From a bacterium (lineage in GTDB: Bacteria > Fidelibacterota > Fidelibacteria > Fidelibacterales > Fidelibacteraceae), in assembly GCA_963676395.1 (NCBI GenBank), contig OY781066.1:384001-448000 (forward strand): a stretch of DNA of 64,000 nt, written 5' to 3'. Positions 1 to 10,294 of the stretch are shown piece by piece. The position numbers were made by a program, and so were the translations under genes. Below the pieces are notes generated by a model. The model saw only the letters and a list, made by a program, of their open reading frames with translations, was not told where the DNA came from and ran no database searches. The stretch's first letter is position 1, and every line of letters begins with the position of its first letter.

Positions 1-582
1 ATAAATAAAGCCATACTTCAAGATCTCACCAAAACCACAAACCACTTCGCGCAGATCCAGAGTTTTCAATACGGTAGGATCAATTAAGACAATTTCAGGT
101 TGATAAAATGCTCCAATCAAATTCTTTCCGGCCGAGTGATTCACCCCTACTTTTCCACCAACCGAAGAATCAACCTGCGAAAGCAAGGTGGTCGGAACTT
201 GAACAAAGGGTAAACCGCGGTATAAACTCGATGCGATAAAACCGGAAACATCTCCAACAATACCACCGCCTAAAGCAAGAATAGCGCAAGAGCGATCAAA
301 ATTATCATCAATTAATTCATCATACAATTTCGAAACCGTTTCGAGATTTTTATGTATTTCGCCCGATGGCAGTAAATACGATGTTACTTGGTAACCCTGT
401 AATTCCAAAGAGCGCATAACGCGCTCAAGATAAAGTTTTTTTACGGTTTTCGAGACTAAAACAGCAATTCGCTTACCGGGTTTAAGTACATGTTTTAATT
501 CATTTCCAATATCCATCAATAGATGTTGATCTATCCTGATATCATAGGGGTGTTCCGCAATATCTACTTTTACTTTTATCAT
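1..582 (-). CDS. aroB: 3-dehydroquinate synthase (partial, runs off the left edge)
   Basis: Manual minus-strand translation from ATG at 582 (ATGA overlap with the aroK stop) gives MIKVKVDIAEHPYDI...LPSGEIHK...ALGGGIVGDVSGF...QVPTTLLSQVDSSVGGKVGVNH...GKNLIGAFYQP, the DHQ synthase motifs. Confidence 0.95.
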   Translation of the reverse strand, partial: MIKVKVDIAEHPYDIRIDQHLLMDIGNELKHVLKPGKRIAVLVSKTVKKLYLERVMRSLELQGYQVTSYLLPSGEIHKNLETVSKLYDELIDDNFDRSCAILALGGGIVGDVSGFIASSLYRGLPFVQVPTTLLSQVDSSVGGKVGVNHSAGKNLIGAFYQPEIVLIDPTVLKTLDLREVVCGFGEILKYGFIY

Positions 583-1073
583 CTTATCATGCTCTTTATC
601 TTTTGAGCCGCTTGTTTAGGAGTAAATCTATCCGTATTAATGATCATATCCGCTTTGTTGTAAATATGGATACGTCCATTCAAAATCTTAACTATATGGT
701 CCACTTCGATAGGTTTTGGCAGTAAGGGTCTATCCTCGTCTTTAATCCTTTCAAGAATAACTTCCGGTACACATTTCAACCATACGATCTTGCCATTTTT
801 TTTCATCCACTTTCGATTTTCTTCTCTTACCGGGAATCCCCCACCCGTCGCAATAACGGTAGGTTTAGTGAATTTAAGCTGTTTTGCCGTATCCGATTCA
901 TACCTTCGGAATACGACTTCACCATCTTCAAGAAAAATATTTTCTATACTTTTACCGTATTTTTCAACAATCTTACGGTCCAAGTCCAACAGATCATAAT
1001 TTAAAACCTCTGCCAATTCTTTAGCTACAGCCGATTTCCCGGATCCCATCATACCTATAAGAAATATATTCAT
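579..1073 (-). CDS. aroK: shikimate kinase
   Basis: MNIFLIGMMGSGKS P-loop, DLD, FRRYE, ATGGG, RPLL; start trimmed to ATG 1073. Confidence 0.95.
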   Translation of the reverse strand: MNIFLIGMMGSGKSAVAKELAEVLNYDLLDLDRKIVEKYGKSIENIFLEDGEVVFRRYESDTAKQLKFTKPTVIATGGGFPVREENRKWMKKNGKIVWLKCVPEVILERIKDEDRPLLPKPIEVDHIVKILNGRIHIYNKADMIINTDRFTPKQAAQKIKSMIR

Positions 1074-1074
1074 A

Positions 1075-2211
1075 TTATTCTTCAAAATATCTTTCCTTGA
1101 TCTTTTCCCATCGATCAGCACCAAACCGAGATAAGACAGCATTTAAAATCGGACGTGCTATCAGGTTCTCGGCCACTACGGCAGCTGCAGGTAATGCACA
1201 GGTGTCTGAACGCTCCTTATGGGCTTCAACTTTTTCCATACTGTCTATACTAAAACTATCCAGTGGTGTGGTCAGTGTAGGGATAGGTTTCATCACTGCC
1301 GAAAGGATTAACGGTTCGGCATTGGTCATACCACCTTCTAAGCCACCGGCATGATTGGAGGCCCTTTCAACCTTACCATCCACTAATACAAAAGGATCAT
1401 GATACTCCGATCCACGTTTTGAGGCCGCAGAAAAACCGTCACCAAATTCCATGCCCTTGATCGCTTGCATACCCATGATCTCAGCGGCAATAGAAGAAGT
1501 TAATTTATCATCCCAGTGCACATAAGATCCCAAAGCTAAGGGTAAACCATATACAACGATCTGAAAAATACCCCCAATGGAATCTCCGGCAACTTTGACC
1601 TCATCTATCTCTTTACGCATTGCTTCAGCCTGATTTTCATCAACACAACGAACATCGGATCCATCTGCTTTCTTTAGCATGTCTTCATCAAGTTCATCGT
1701 ATTCGCAACTTACCTTTCCCAATTGGGTAATATGAGAGTATATTTTAATTCCAATATCTTCAAGCAATTGTCTGCATACTGCACCCGGCAAAATCCTGGC
1801 ACCGGTTTCTCGGGCAGATGCTCTCTCCAAAACATTCCGAACATCGTCAAAACCATATTTAACTATCCCTGCATAATCGGCATGTCCGGGACGTGGGATC
1901 AGTACTTTATGACTGATATCTGCATCTACCGGATCCATGCGATTCTGCCAATTGGCAAAATCTTTATTCTGGACCATCAGGGTTAATGGTGATGCTAAGG
2001 TCATGCTATCACGTAAACCGCTTAATACAGCAACGCGATCTTGCTCAATTTTCATACGTCCACCTCGACCATAACCCTGTTGGCGTCGCCAAAGCTGATA
2101 GTTAACTGCATCAACATCAAGTTTAAAACCGGCCGGTAATCCTTTAATTATGGTGGTTAAAGCCGGGCCATGACTTTCACCGGCGGTAATGTAACTTATG
2201 TGTTCTTTCAT
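1075..2211 (-). CDS. aroC: chorismate synthase
   Basis: TAGESHG, RRQQGYGRGGRM, PRPGHAD, ERASARET, GGLEGGMTN, MKPIPTL, ERSD motifs. Confidence 0.97.
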   Translation of the reverse strand: MKEHISYITAGESHGPALTTIIKGLPAGFKLDVDAVNYQLWRRQQGYGRGGRMKIEQDRVAVLSGLRDSMTLASPLTLMVQNKDFANWQNRMDPVDADISHKVLIPRPGHADYAGIVKYGFDDVRNVLERASARETGARILPGAVCRQLLEDIGIKIYSHITQLGKVSCEYDELDEDMLKKADGSDVRCVDENQAEAMRKEIDEVKVAGDSIGGIFQIVVYGLPLALGSYVHWDDKLTSSIAAEIMGMQAIKGMEFGDGFSAASKRGSEYHDPFVLVDGKVERASNHAGGLEGGMTNAEPLILSAVMKPIPTLTTPLDSFSIDSMEKVEAHKERSDTCALPAAAVVAENLIARPILNAVLSRFGADRWEKIKERYFEE

Positions 2212-2226
2212 GTATTCTCCAATGGT

Positions 2227-3042
2227 CTAGGATATGGTATTTAAGGTCACCAGTCTACGAATTATCTCATTAACGTTCAGATCTTTGATCTCATGGCTCT
2301 TAAACCATATTTTTTGGGCTTCCACTGCCTGATAAACAAGCATTTTCATGCCATTGATCGTTTTCAATCCTTTATTCTGAGCATAAAGTTCCAAATGTGT
2401 CGGATAGGGTGTATAGTTCAAGTCAAACAAAACATCATTTGCATTAAATGGAATATAGTCTTCGGGAATATCCTTAATTTTAGCCCCTCCTACAGGGGTT
2501 CCATTGATCCACAGTGTGGGCAATTCGGGTAAAAAATCAAGAATTTTTATTTTAGCATTTAAATTCATTTCTTGAATAAAGTCTTGTCGCTCTACATCAT
2601 CAACTCCACCAATCACCGTAATTGAGCGAAAACCCATTTCCTGTAAAGCAAAAATTACGGCTCGGGCTACTCCACCATAACCAACCAATACAGGATGAAA
2701 ATCAAAGTAATTTTTTAAACTATCTTTTAGACTGCGAATAAACCCCAAATAATCTGTATTGTAGCCCGTCCAAATCCCATCAACAATTTCAACAGTATTA
2801 ATAGCACCTATCTTTTCTGCAACAGGATCCACATGATCACAGAAAGATAAAATTGATTGTTTATGAGGGATCGTAATATTAAATCCATTCAGAGCTTGTA
2901 ATTGTTGAGGTCTTTCCTTCAACAGCTGCTCGGGGGCCAGATCAATGATCTCATAATGAATATCGGTGGTCGATATCATATCATGAATAACCGGACTCAT
3001 TGAATATGAGATATGATGTCCTAAAAGTGCAAATTTCATCAT
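2227..3042 (-). CDS. aroE: shikimate dehydrogenase
   Basis: SMSPVIH, GFNITIPHK, GAINT, GYNTDYLG, GYGGVARA, GMKMLVYQA. Confidence 0.95.
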   Translation of the reverse strand: MMKFALLGHHISYSMSPVIHDMISTTDIHYEIIDLAPEQLLKERPQQLQALNGFNITIPHKQSILSFCDHVDPVAEKIGAINTVEIVDGIWTGYNTDYLGFIRSLKDSLKNYFDFHPVLVGYGGVARAVIFALQEMGFRSITVIGGVDDVERQDFIQEMNLNAKIKILDFLPELPTLWINGTPVGGAKIKDIPEDYIPFNANDVLFDLNYTPYPTHLELYAQNKGLKTINGMKMLVYQAVEAQKIWFKSHEIKDLNVNEIIRRLVTLNTIS

Positions 3043-4334
3043 TTACTGATCCTGGCAAGAATATCATAAAAGTTTGGATATGAAATATCAACGGATGACC
3101 AACCGCTTAATTTCACAGGATTTTCACAAATCAGAGCGGCAATGGAAGCTGTCATTGCAATACGATGATCACCATGAGCATCCACTTTGCCACCTTTTAA
3201 TTTGGTATCACCATGAATGATCATACCGTCTTCAAGTTCTTCTACCTCTGCTCCCAAACTTCTCAACATTTCTATCGTAGTTTTAATGCGATCACTTTCT
3301 TTAAAACGTAATTCTTTTGCGCCTGTAAATTTACTTACACCTTTTGCCTGAGTTGCAATTAAGGCAAGAAGCGGTAACTCGTCGATAAGTGAAGGTACGG
3401 TCTTTGAACGAATTTCAAAGGCCTTCAATAAAGATGAACGAATCGTAATATCACCTACAGGCTCAAGACTCTTTTCTTTTTCTAAACATTCAATGTTGGC
3501 TCCGGAATTCTTCAAGATCGATATAAATGCTGTACGCGTGGGGTTCATTGACATTTTTTTCAGCAACAACTTACTTTTAGGTAATAATAACCCGGCTGCA
3601 ACCCAATAAGCCGCAGATGAGGGATCACCTGGGACAGAATAATCAAAACCCGGGATCGAACGCTTAAGTGTATGAACAGAGATCAAATTTTTATTATGAA
3701 AAATGGGAATTTTAAAGATTTTCATCATGCGCTCGGTATGATCGCGACTTTTAGTGTTCTCTTCAACAAAAGTTTTTCCTTTTGCCGATAAACCGGCCAA
3801 TAGCACACATGATTTTACCTGAGCGGAAGCAATTGGCAAGGCATACTGGATACCATCAAGGACTTTGCCACGAATACGCATGGGCAAATGACCGTCTGTT
3901 GAAGAAATATCAGCGCCCATTTTCTCAAGCGGTGTTATTACTCGTCCCATTGGTCGCTGTGATAAAGAATCATCACCTATCATTGTTACATCAAGATTTT
4001 CACGACCCGCAAGCAAGCCGGACATCAATCGAACTGTAGTACCTGAATTCCCACAATTTAGAACACCGTCAAGGGGTTGAGTCCAAGCCGCAATGCCCGG
4101 CGAATCAACATCAACGGTAAATTTACCCAATTGAAAGTTAACTCCCAGTTTTTGCAAACAAGCAATTGTGGATAAAGCATCAGCACCAATGTTTAAATGC
4201 TTGATCTTTGAGCGTCCTTTTGCAATGGCCGCAAACATCAAGGCTCTGTGAGAAATTGATTTATCTCCAGGTAAGGTTATCTGTCCACGCACTGAGTCAA
4301 CGGATGAAATATTTTTTACATTGTTATCTGACAT
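3039..4334 (-). CDS. aroA: EPSP synthase (3-phosphoshikimate 1-carboxyvinyltransferase)
   Basis: PGDKSISHR, CGNSGTT, ASAQVKS, RDHTE, ELRFKESDRI, DHRIAM. Confidence 0.97.
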   Translation of the reverse strand: MSDNNVKNISSVDSVRGQITLPGDKSISHRALMFAAIAKGRSKIKHLNIGADALSTIACLQKLGVNFQLGKFTVDVDSPGIAAWTQPLDGVLNCGNSGTTVRLMSGLLAGRENLDVTMIGDDSLSQRPMGRVITPLEKMGADISSTDGHLPMRIRGKVLDGIQYALPIASAQVKSCVLLAGLSAKGKTFVEENTKSRDHTERMMKIFKIPIFHNKNLISVHTLKRSIPGFDYSVPGDPSSAAYWVAAGLLLPKSKLLLKKMSMNPTRTAFISILKNSGANIECLEKEKSLEPVGDITIRSSLLKAFEIRSKTVPSLIDELPLLALIATQAKGVSKFTGAKELRFKESDRIKTTIEMLRSLGAEVEELEDGMIIHGDTKLKGGKVDAHGDHRIAMTASIAALICENPVKLSGWSSVDISYPNFYDILARISK

Positions 4335-4437
4335 AGTTTCCTCAATTTAGAAGCCGAAAGCCAATAGAAAGTAATTATAGTTAAAAGTTACATAAGCTTG
4401 ATGTATCTAACAATCTTTTTGCTTTGCTCCATACTCC

Positions 4438-5766
4438 TTACTCTTTAATAACCGTCACAAAATCTGTCACATTATAGTCCAAATCTTGAATGCCTTTTTC
4501 GATCATTTTCAGATCATACAAAGGTTTACAATTCTGCGAAGCAATAATATATGCATCTTCCGGCAACTTACCTTCTGCTAATTTTCTTGCTGATAAGGCC
4601 GTATCGTCTTCTTCAACTAGCGGTACACCCGGATAATGCTTATTTAAATATGATTTACACTGTCTGAGCGCTTGAGGATGAGAATGAATTGAAGATGGTT
4701 TTTCTACAGATACATCCTTTCTTCCCATTAAACATTGTTTAACAATGAATGGAAAGAAACCGGTGATTTTACAACGATATTTAGCTAATCCTTGTACTGT
4801 TTCCAAAACCATGCCACCCACTGAATTTTGAATTGGTAATAAACCGATTTTAATAAAACCAAAATTCAAGGCATCATATACTCGCTCAGCTGTCGTTAAG
4901 CAAAACAATTCGCCATTCTTGACATGATTATTGCTCATCCAGCGTTGGCCGGCTTCCTGAGAAAAAGACCCTTCTTCTCCCATAACACCAAGTGTACAAT
5001 TTTCTGTAATCTCGATATTTTCTCTTCTGATATGTGTAGATACTTCATGTGTGGCATCAAGAAATTTCTTGAACATATTAGCCGATTCAGGATTATATAA
5101 TAGCATATCCTTAAACAATTGAGCCGTATCATGTTCACAAAATGCCTCCACATCTCGTAGCATTTTATAGCCACGAGTCGGGGTATCGGTATTCGGTAAA
5201 TCCATGCGTTTAAGCACATTACCTACAAAATGAGTAAGACCTTGAGAATAAGCAATACTTTTATCATGGCTTGTGGGGGTAATACATTTTGTAAACAGGC
5301 GCCAGGATGCAAAAATATCTGACCAGACCTGTCCAAGCTCCGGATATTGCTCAGAAGGAGTAATAATCATAAGATTATTACGATTCTCAGCATAAGAATC
5401 CGGTCCAAACAATGGATGTACACCTATATGTTTGATCTCGGGAATAACTCCATCCATCCATTGTACCGGCATAGATTTTACCGAAGCCATATCAATAAGC
5501 GTAGAATCTTTTGCTATCTTAGATGCATTCGATCTTATAAACTCTTCCATTGTTGAAATGGGAATACATAAAAAGATAACATCCTGTTGCAAGGCTGTTT
5601 TAAGATTAACAAATTTAATATTTTGTTGTTCATCCGGGAAAAGGTCAACGTTTGTTTCATGAACAAATACTTCGGCATGTTCCGAAAGAATATCTACCCA
5701 TAAACGGCCAAAACGACCGTATCCTATCACGGAATAAGATAAATTTTTATAATCAGATTTTTGCAA
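4438..5766 (-). CDS. prephenate dehydrogenase - prephenate dehydratase fusion (TyrA-PheA-like; no chorismate mutase or ACT domain)
   Basis: N-half GYGRFG, DMASVK, HPLFGP, HD..IAYSQ (PDH); C-half GEEGSFS, LPIQNSVGG, SHPQALRQC, IQD..NVTDF (PDT). Confidence 0.85.
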   Translation of the reverse strand: MQKSDYKNLSYSVIGYGRFGRLWVDILSEHAEVFVHETNVDLFPDEQQNIKFVNLKTALQQDVIFLCIPISTMEEFIRSNASKIAKDSTLIDMASVKSMPVQWMDGVIPEIKHIGVHPLFGPDSYAENRNNLMIITPSEQYPELGQVWSDIFASWRLFTKCITPTSHDKSIAYSQGLTHFVGNVLKRMDLPNTDTPTRGYKMLRDVEAFCEHDTAQLFKDMLLYNPESANMFKKFLDATHEVSTHIRRENIEITENCTLGVMGEEGSFSQEAGQRWMSNNHVKNGELFCLTTAERVYDALNFGFIKIGLLPIQNSVGGMVLETVQGLAKYRCKITGFFPFIVKQCLMGRKDVSVEKPSSIHSHPQALRQCKSYLNKHYPGVPLVEEDDTALSARKLAEGKLPEDAYIIASQNCKPLYDLKMIEKGIQDLDYNVTDFVTVIKE

Positions 5767-6775
5767 TGGTCTTCCCTAATGCTCCTGCAATAATTTTAAT
5801 TTCTTTCATTAATTCGGCAAATTGTTCCGGGTAAAGTGATTGAGCACCATCGGACAGTGCTTCATCGGGATTATTATGTACCTCAACCATAATACCGTCA
5901 GCTCCGGCCGCGATGGCTGCTCTTGCCATAGGAATAACCAGTTCTCGCTGCCCCATTGGATGAGAAGGATCAACAATAATCGGTAAATGTGATTTTTGTT
6001 TGATTACCGGAACAGAGGACAGGTCTAAAGTAAATCTTGTCGATTTCTCAAAAGTCCTGATGCCACGTTCGCAAAGCATCACTTTATTATTACCTTCACT
6101 TGCCAAATATTCCGCAGAATTCAACCATTCTTCGATAGTAGCCGAAATACCACGTTTTAACAAAACAGGTTTATCAAGATATGCCAATTCTTTCAGTAAT
6201 GAAAAATTCTGCATGTTTCGGGCCCCGATCTGAATAACATCAACATATTTTTCAAAAAGAGGGATATCGGCGATCTTCATGATCTCTGAAACGACAGGTA
6301 TACCATGTTTCTTCTTAACATCACTTAGGTATATCAAGCCTTCTTCTCCCAAACCCTGAAAAGCATAAGGTGATGAGCGAGGTTTAAAGGCCCCTCCACG
6401 AACCATGTTTGCGCCATATTTAACCAAATCATCCGTGATATTGTGCAGCATGTCACTGTTTTCTACAGAACAAGGACCGGCCATCACAACCAATTCATTC
6501 GAACCAATATTAAGATTATCTACTTTTACGATAGAATTTTCAGGATGAAACGCTCTTGAACAAAGTTTATATGATTCCAAAACTCTGAATGCATCGGATA
6601 CACCATCAAAGGTTTTAAAATATTCAGGTGCTAACTTTTTCGTATCTCCTATCACACCATAAACTGTATACTCATCACCTTTGATCGGGTGGATCTTATA
6701 TCCTCGTTCAATCAGGTAGCTCTTTACCTGAGTCATCTGTTGCTTTGCTGCATTTGGTTTAAAAACAATAATCAT
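5753..6775 (-). CDS. aroF: DAHP synthase type I-beta with N-terminal ACT-like regulatory domain (copy 2)
   Basis: AGPCSVE, RGGAFKPRSSPYAFQG, QIGARNMQNF, LCERGIRTF, VDPSH; start trimmed to MIIVFK at 6775 (340 aa, same length as paralog). Confidence 0.95.
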   Translation of the reverse strand: MIIVFKPNAAKQQMTQVKSYLIERGYKIHPIKGDEYTVYGVIGDTKKLAPEYFKTFDGVSDAFRVLESYKLCSRAFHPENSIVKVDNLNIGSNELVVMAGPCSVENSDMLHNITDDLVKYGANMVRGGAFKPRSSPYAFQGLGEEGLIYLSDVKKKHGIPVVSEIMKIADIPLFEKYVDVIQIGARNMQNFSLLKELAYLDKPVLLKRGISATIEEWLNSAEYLASEGNNKVMLCERGIRTFEKSTRFTLDLSSVPVIKQKSHLPIIVDPSHPMGQRELVIPMARAAIAAGADGIMVEVHNNPDEALSDGAQSLYPEQFAELMKEIKIIAGALGKTIAKI

Positions 6776-6843
6776 ATATCTTTTCCTTTTTATTATCAAC
6801 GTAACAAATGGCAATATCTCAATAAGGGAAATAAATATCCCAA

Positions 6844-6888
6844 AGAGAAAACCTTAAATACCTCAAATCGATCAAGTGTTATTTAAGG
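6844..6888 (-). terminator. putative intrinsic terminator between the two aroF paralogs
   Basis: CCTTAAATA...TATTTAAGG inverted repeat followed by TTTTCTCTTT on the minus strand; large loop. Confidence 0.5.
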
Positions 6889-6903
6889 CAGCTAATTGTT
6901 AAC

Positions 6904-7926
6904 TTAAAATTTTGCTATGGTTTTACCCAAGGCACCGGCAATTATTTCCACTTCCTTCATTAAATCGGCAAATTGCTCCGGATACAAGGATTGTGGTCCA
7001 TCTGAAAGCGCTTCATCGGGATGATTGTGTACTTCAACCATAATACCATCTGCACCTGCTGCGATGGCAGCTCTTGCCATAGGAATAACCAGTTCTCGCT
7101 GCCCCATTGGATGAGATGGATCCACAATAATAGGCAAATGTGATTTTTGTTTGATTACCGGAACAGAGGATAGATCTAAAGTAAATCTTGTCGATTTTTC
7201 AAATGTACGAATACCCCGCTCACAAAGCATAACCTTATCATTTCCCTTGCTTGCAAGATATTCTGCTGAATTCAACCATTCATCTATTGTCGCCGAAATA
7301 CCGCGCTTTAGTAAAACGGGCTTATCAAGGTGCGCCAATTCCTTTAGCAAAGAAAAATTTTGCATGTTTCTGGCACCGATCTGGATGACATCTACATACT
7401 TTTCAAACAAAGGAATGTCGGCGATCTTCATGATCTCTGAAACAACCGGGATACCGTGCTTGTTATTTACCTCCTTCAGGTATTTCAGACCTTCTTCTCC
7501 GAGTCCTTGAAAAGCATAAGGTGAAGAACGTGGCTTATATGCACCACCTCGAACCATATTGGCACCATGTTTAACCAACTCATCAGAAATTTCATGTAGC
7601 ATTTTATTATTTTCTACGGAACAAGGACCGGCCATAATGACCAGTTCATTTGAACCGACATGAATATTTCCAACTTTAACAATTGAGTTTTCAGGATGAA
7701 AAGTACGTGAACAACGTTTGTATGATTCTTGTACGCGGAAAGCATTTGAAACACCGCTAAAGACTCTAAAAAAATCGGGACTTAATCTGTTTGTATCACC
7801 AATAACACCATACAAAGTATAGTCTTTTCCCTCACTCGGATGGATTTCATAACCATGAGTGCTTAAATAGTCTTCAACATGAGCTTTCTGCTCTACAGTT
7901 GCATTCGGCTTGAATACAATGATCAT
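6904..7926 (-). CDS. aroF: DAHP synthase type I-beta with N-terminal ACT-like regulatory domain (copy 1)
   Basis: Same motifs as copy 2; 340 aa; ATGA overlap with tsaD. Confidence 0.95.
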   Translation of the reverse strand: MIIVFKPNATVEQKAHVEDYLSTHGYEIHPSEGKDYTLYGVIGDTNRLSPDFFRVFSGVSNAFRVQESYKRCSRTFHPENSIVKVGNIHVGSNELVIMAGPCSVENNKMLHEISDELVKHGANMVRGGAYKPRSSPYAFQGLGEEGLKYLKEVNNKHGIPVVSEIMKIADIPLFEKYVDVIQIGARNMQNFSLLKELAHLDKPVLLKRGISATIDEWLNSAEYLASKGNDKVMLCERGIRTFEKSTRFTLDLSSVPVIKQKSHLPIIVDPSHPMGQRELVIPMARAAIAAGADGIMVEVHNHPDEALSDGPQSLYPEQFADLMKEVEIIAGALGKTIAKF

Positions 7927-8954
7927 GTGTTCACTCCTTCATCTAGTTTTAAATTTGGGACAGCTCCAATATTTAAATCGGACAACCAAGCTTTTTTATA
8001 ATACATAACACCGGTTGCTGCGATCATGGCAGCATTATCGGTGCAATATTGCAATGGAGGATAAAACAACTCAACACCCATGGCTGTGGACATGGCTTTC
8101 AATTCAGAACGCAAACGTCGATTGGCTGCCACTCCACCGGCAACAATAACTTGTTTGTGTCCCGTTGCAACAATGGCCCTTCGTACTTTTTCTTTTAGAA
8201 CATCTACAACGGCTTCCTGAAAAGAAGCGGCAATATTGGCCTTATCTTGCTCGGAAGGATCTGGATGTTTTTTCATATAATTCAACACAGCTGTTTTCAT
8301 ACCACTGAAAGAGAAATCAAGACTATCGGGTTCTAATAGAGACCGCGGAAACTTCACGGCATTCGGGTCACCGACATCGGAAAGTTTATCGATCACAGGG
8401 CCACCGGGGTAACCGATCTTTAACAATCTGGCAGTCTTATCAAATGACTCACCCGCCGCATCATCCCTTGTAGTACCAAGAATCTTAAACTGTTTAACGC
8501 CTTTAACATCCACAATCATAGTATGTCCACCTGAAACAAGTAAACACAAAAATGGCGGTTCCAACTCCGGAAACTCCAACATGGGAGCATATAAATGAGC
8601 CTCAACATGATTAACGCCAATAAAAGGTATGTTTTGCGCTAAAGCGAAACCCTTTGCATAATTCAAACCAACCAACAAAGCTCCCATTAGGCCGGGGCCA
8701 TAGGTGACGGCAATCGCATCAATATCTTCAGGCTTCATCTTAGCTTCTTCAAAAGCTGAGTGAACAACCTGAGAAATTGCATGTTCATGTGCTCGTGACG
8801 CCAATTCGGGAACCACTCCCCCATATTTTTTGTGTACCATTTGGGAATATACAATATGCGAGACAACATCAAAGTTATTTAAAATCGCGGCAGATGTTTC
8901 ATCACAAGAGGATTCAATACCTAAAATTACTGGGGATTTTTTCATTTCTTTCAT
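7923..8954 (-). CDS. tsaD: tRNA N6-adenosine threonylcarbamoyltransferase
   Basis: LGIESSCDET, GGVVPELASRAH, HVEAH, LVSGGHT, DDAAGESFDK, GGVAAN, CTDNAAMIA. Confidence 0.97.
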   Translation of the reverse strand: MKEMKKSPVILGIESSCDETSAAILNNFDVVSHIVYSQMVHKKYGGVVPELASRAHEHAISQVVHSAFEEAKMKPEDIDAIAVTYGPGLMGALLVGLNYAKGFALAQNIPFIGVNHVEAHLYAPMLEFPELEPPFLCLLVSGGHTMIVDVKGVKQFKILGTTRDDAAGESFDKTARLLKIGYPGGPVIDKLSDVGDPNAVKFPRSLLEPDSLDFSFSGMKTAVLNYMKKHPDPSEQDKANIAASFQEAVVDVLKEKVRRAIVATGHKQVIVAGGVAANRRLRSELKAMSTAMGVELFYPPLQYCTDNAAMIAATGVMYYKKAWLSDLNIGAVPNLKLDEGVNT

Positions 8955-9000
8955 AATTCACCATTGAGACAAGGCACACAAGTCTCTACATTTTTATTTA

Positions 9001-9948
9001 TTAGTTCACCCTTAATTCCGGGATTTGTTTTTTCAATACGATCACCTCAACCTGCTTGGGTGAGCTATCTATTACATCAAGCACCGTTTCGGGTGTTTTC
9101 ACCTTGACGGGATAATAATTCCTATTCGGAAACCATTGTGTTAAATAATCAAAGTACACCGTAAAATCATCTTCGGTGAGAGATTGAATTTGCGAATTGC
9201 CTCCTGTGATCCTTAAGCTGACGGTTTTGGGTAAAAACTGTATTTCTAGATCATCCGGCTGATTTTTCACGGTAATAGGGATATTCATAATACTCCTTTC
9301 ACCTATCATTTCCACCTCAAATTCCACTTCAAGAACATCTTGCGATAACTGCATTAATTTCGGGAAAGGATTAATTATCTCAAGCTCTTCAGAAAAGGCT
9401 ATATCAACATTATCACGCTGATAATCTTTTGTAGCCAGTTTATGAATATCTCTTAAAAGCTTTTCAGGTCCACTTATTTCTAAAGCATACTCTTTGTGCT
9501 TATCAACAAGAATAAAACCCGGTTTGAGCGAAATATCAGAGTGAACTTCAATGGGAACAGTCTTATTGATCTTCTCATCAATCTCAATTCTTATACTATC
9601 GGGATAAACAATTTCAAGAAATTGCATATCATCCATTAATCGAACTTGATTTTCTCTTTCGCTAAAATACTCTTTTAAAGAAATACTCTGAGAACCGGAA
9701 ATTGCGCCAACATCTAAAATAAGTTGAGATTTTTTAGACCAACGCTGAAAGTAAAGATTTCGACCATTTCCCTCGACCCGAAGCTTTACCGTCTCAGGTA
9801 AATCTTCAGCTAGTGTTTTATTATCTCTTGGTTCATAAATCTTTAAAGGTACATCGATCACACCGACATATTTTTGTCCGGACACGATGAGGAACCATAA
9901 AACAATGGCTGAAATGATCACAATAATTTTAGGAACTACATTTTTCAT
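9001..9948 (-). CDS. YbbR/CdaR-like domain protein
   Basis: N-terminal KIIVIISAIVLWF anchor followed by beta-rich YbbR-like repeats (PETVKLRVEG, PKTVSLRITG); start trimmed to MKNVV. Confidence 0.7.
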   Translation of the reverse strand: MKNVVPKIIVIISAIVLWFLIVSGQKYVGVIDVPLKIYEPRDNKTLAEDLPETVKLRVEGNGRNLYFQRWSKKSQLILDVGAISGSQSISLKEYFSERENQVRLMDDMQFLEIVYPDSIRIEIDEKINKTVPIEVHSDISLKPGFILVDKHKEYALEISGPEKLLRDIHKLATKDYQRDNVDIAFSEELEIINPFPKLMQLSQDVLEVEFEVEMIGERSIMNIPITVKNQPDDLEIQFLPKTVSLRITGGNSQIQSLTEDDFTVYFDYLTQWFPNRNYYPVKVKTPETVLDVIDSSPKQVEVIVLKKQIPELRVN

Positions 9949-10294
9949 ATAAAAACCCCGAAATTGAGGCAATTTAATGAAATTATCAGTCATTCACAAT
10001 TTAAAATGAGATTATTAGACAGATAATAGTATTTTATCGACTATTCTCAAATTTTCACAATGCATTGCTTATGATTATTCGAAATATTAATAATTAGGAT
10101 TAAAATTTATGTATAAAAGTGATAAGTAACAAATGATAAGCAAGGACAAACTCGTCATTGCTACCCGAGTGTAACAAAGGTCTACCGACCGGTAAGAATA
10201 ATAATTAAACCAATGCAAACAAAAGCGACAGAGTAGAAAGAGCTTAAACAACTTTGTTGTATGGTTTATATATCAGAACTATTATAAATGAGGA

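Noticed and set aside
4335..4437. Possible attenuator or leader peptide between the TyrA-PheA fusion and aroA
   Set aside because: The short ORF MEQSKKIVRYIKLM has poor RBS spacing and is not aromatic-rich; the Phe/Tyr-rich frame has no start codon; no terminator is evident
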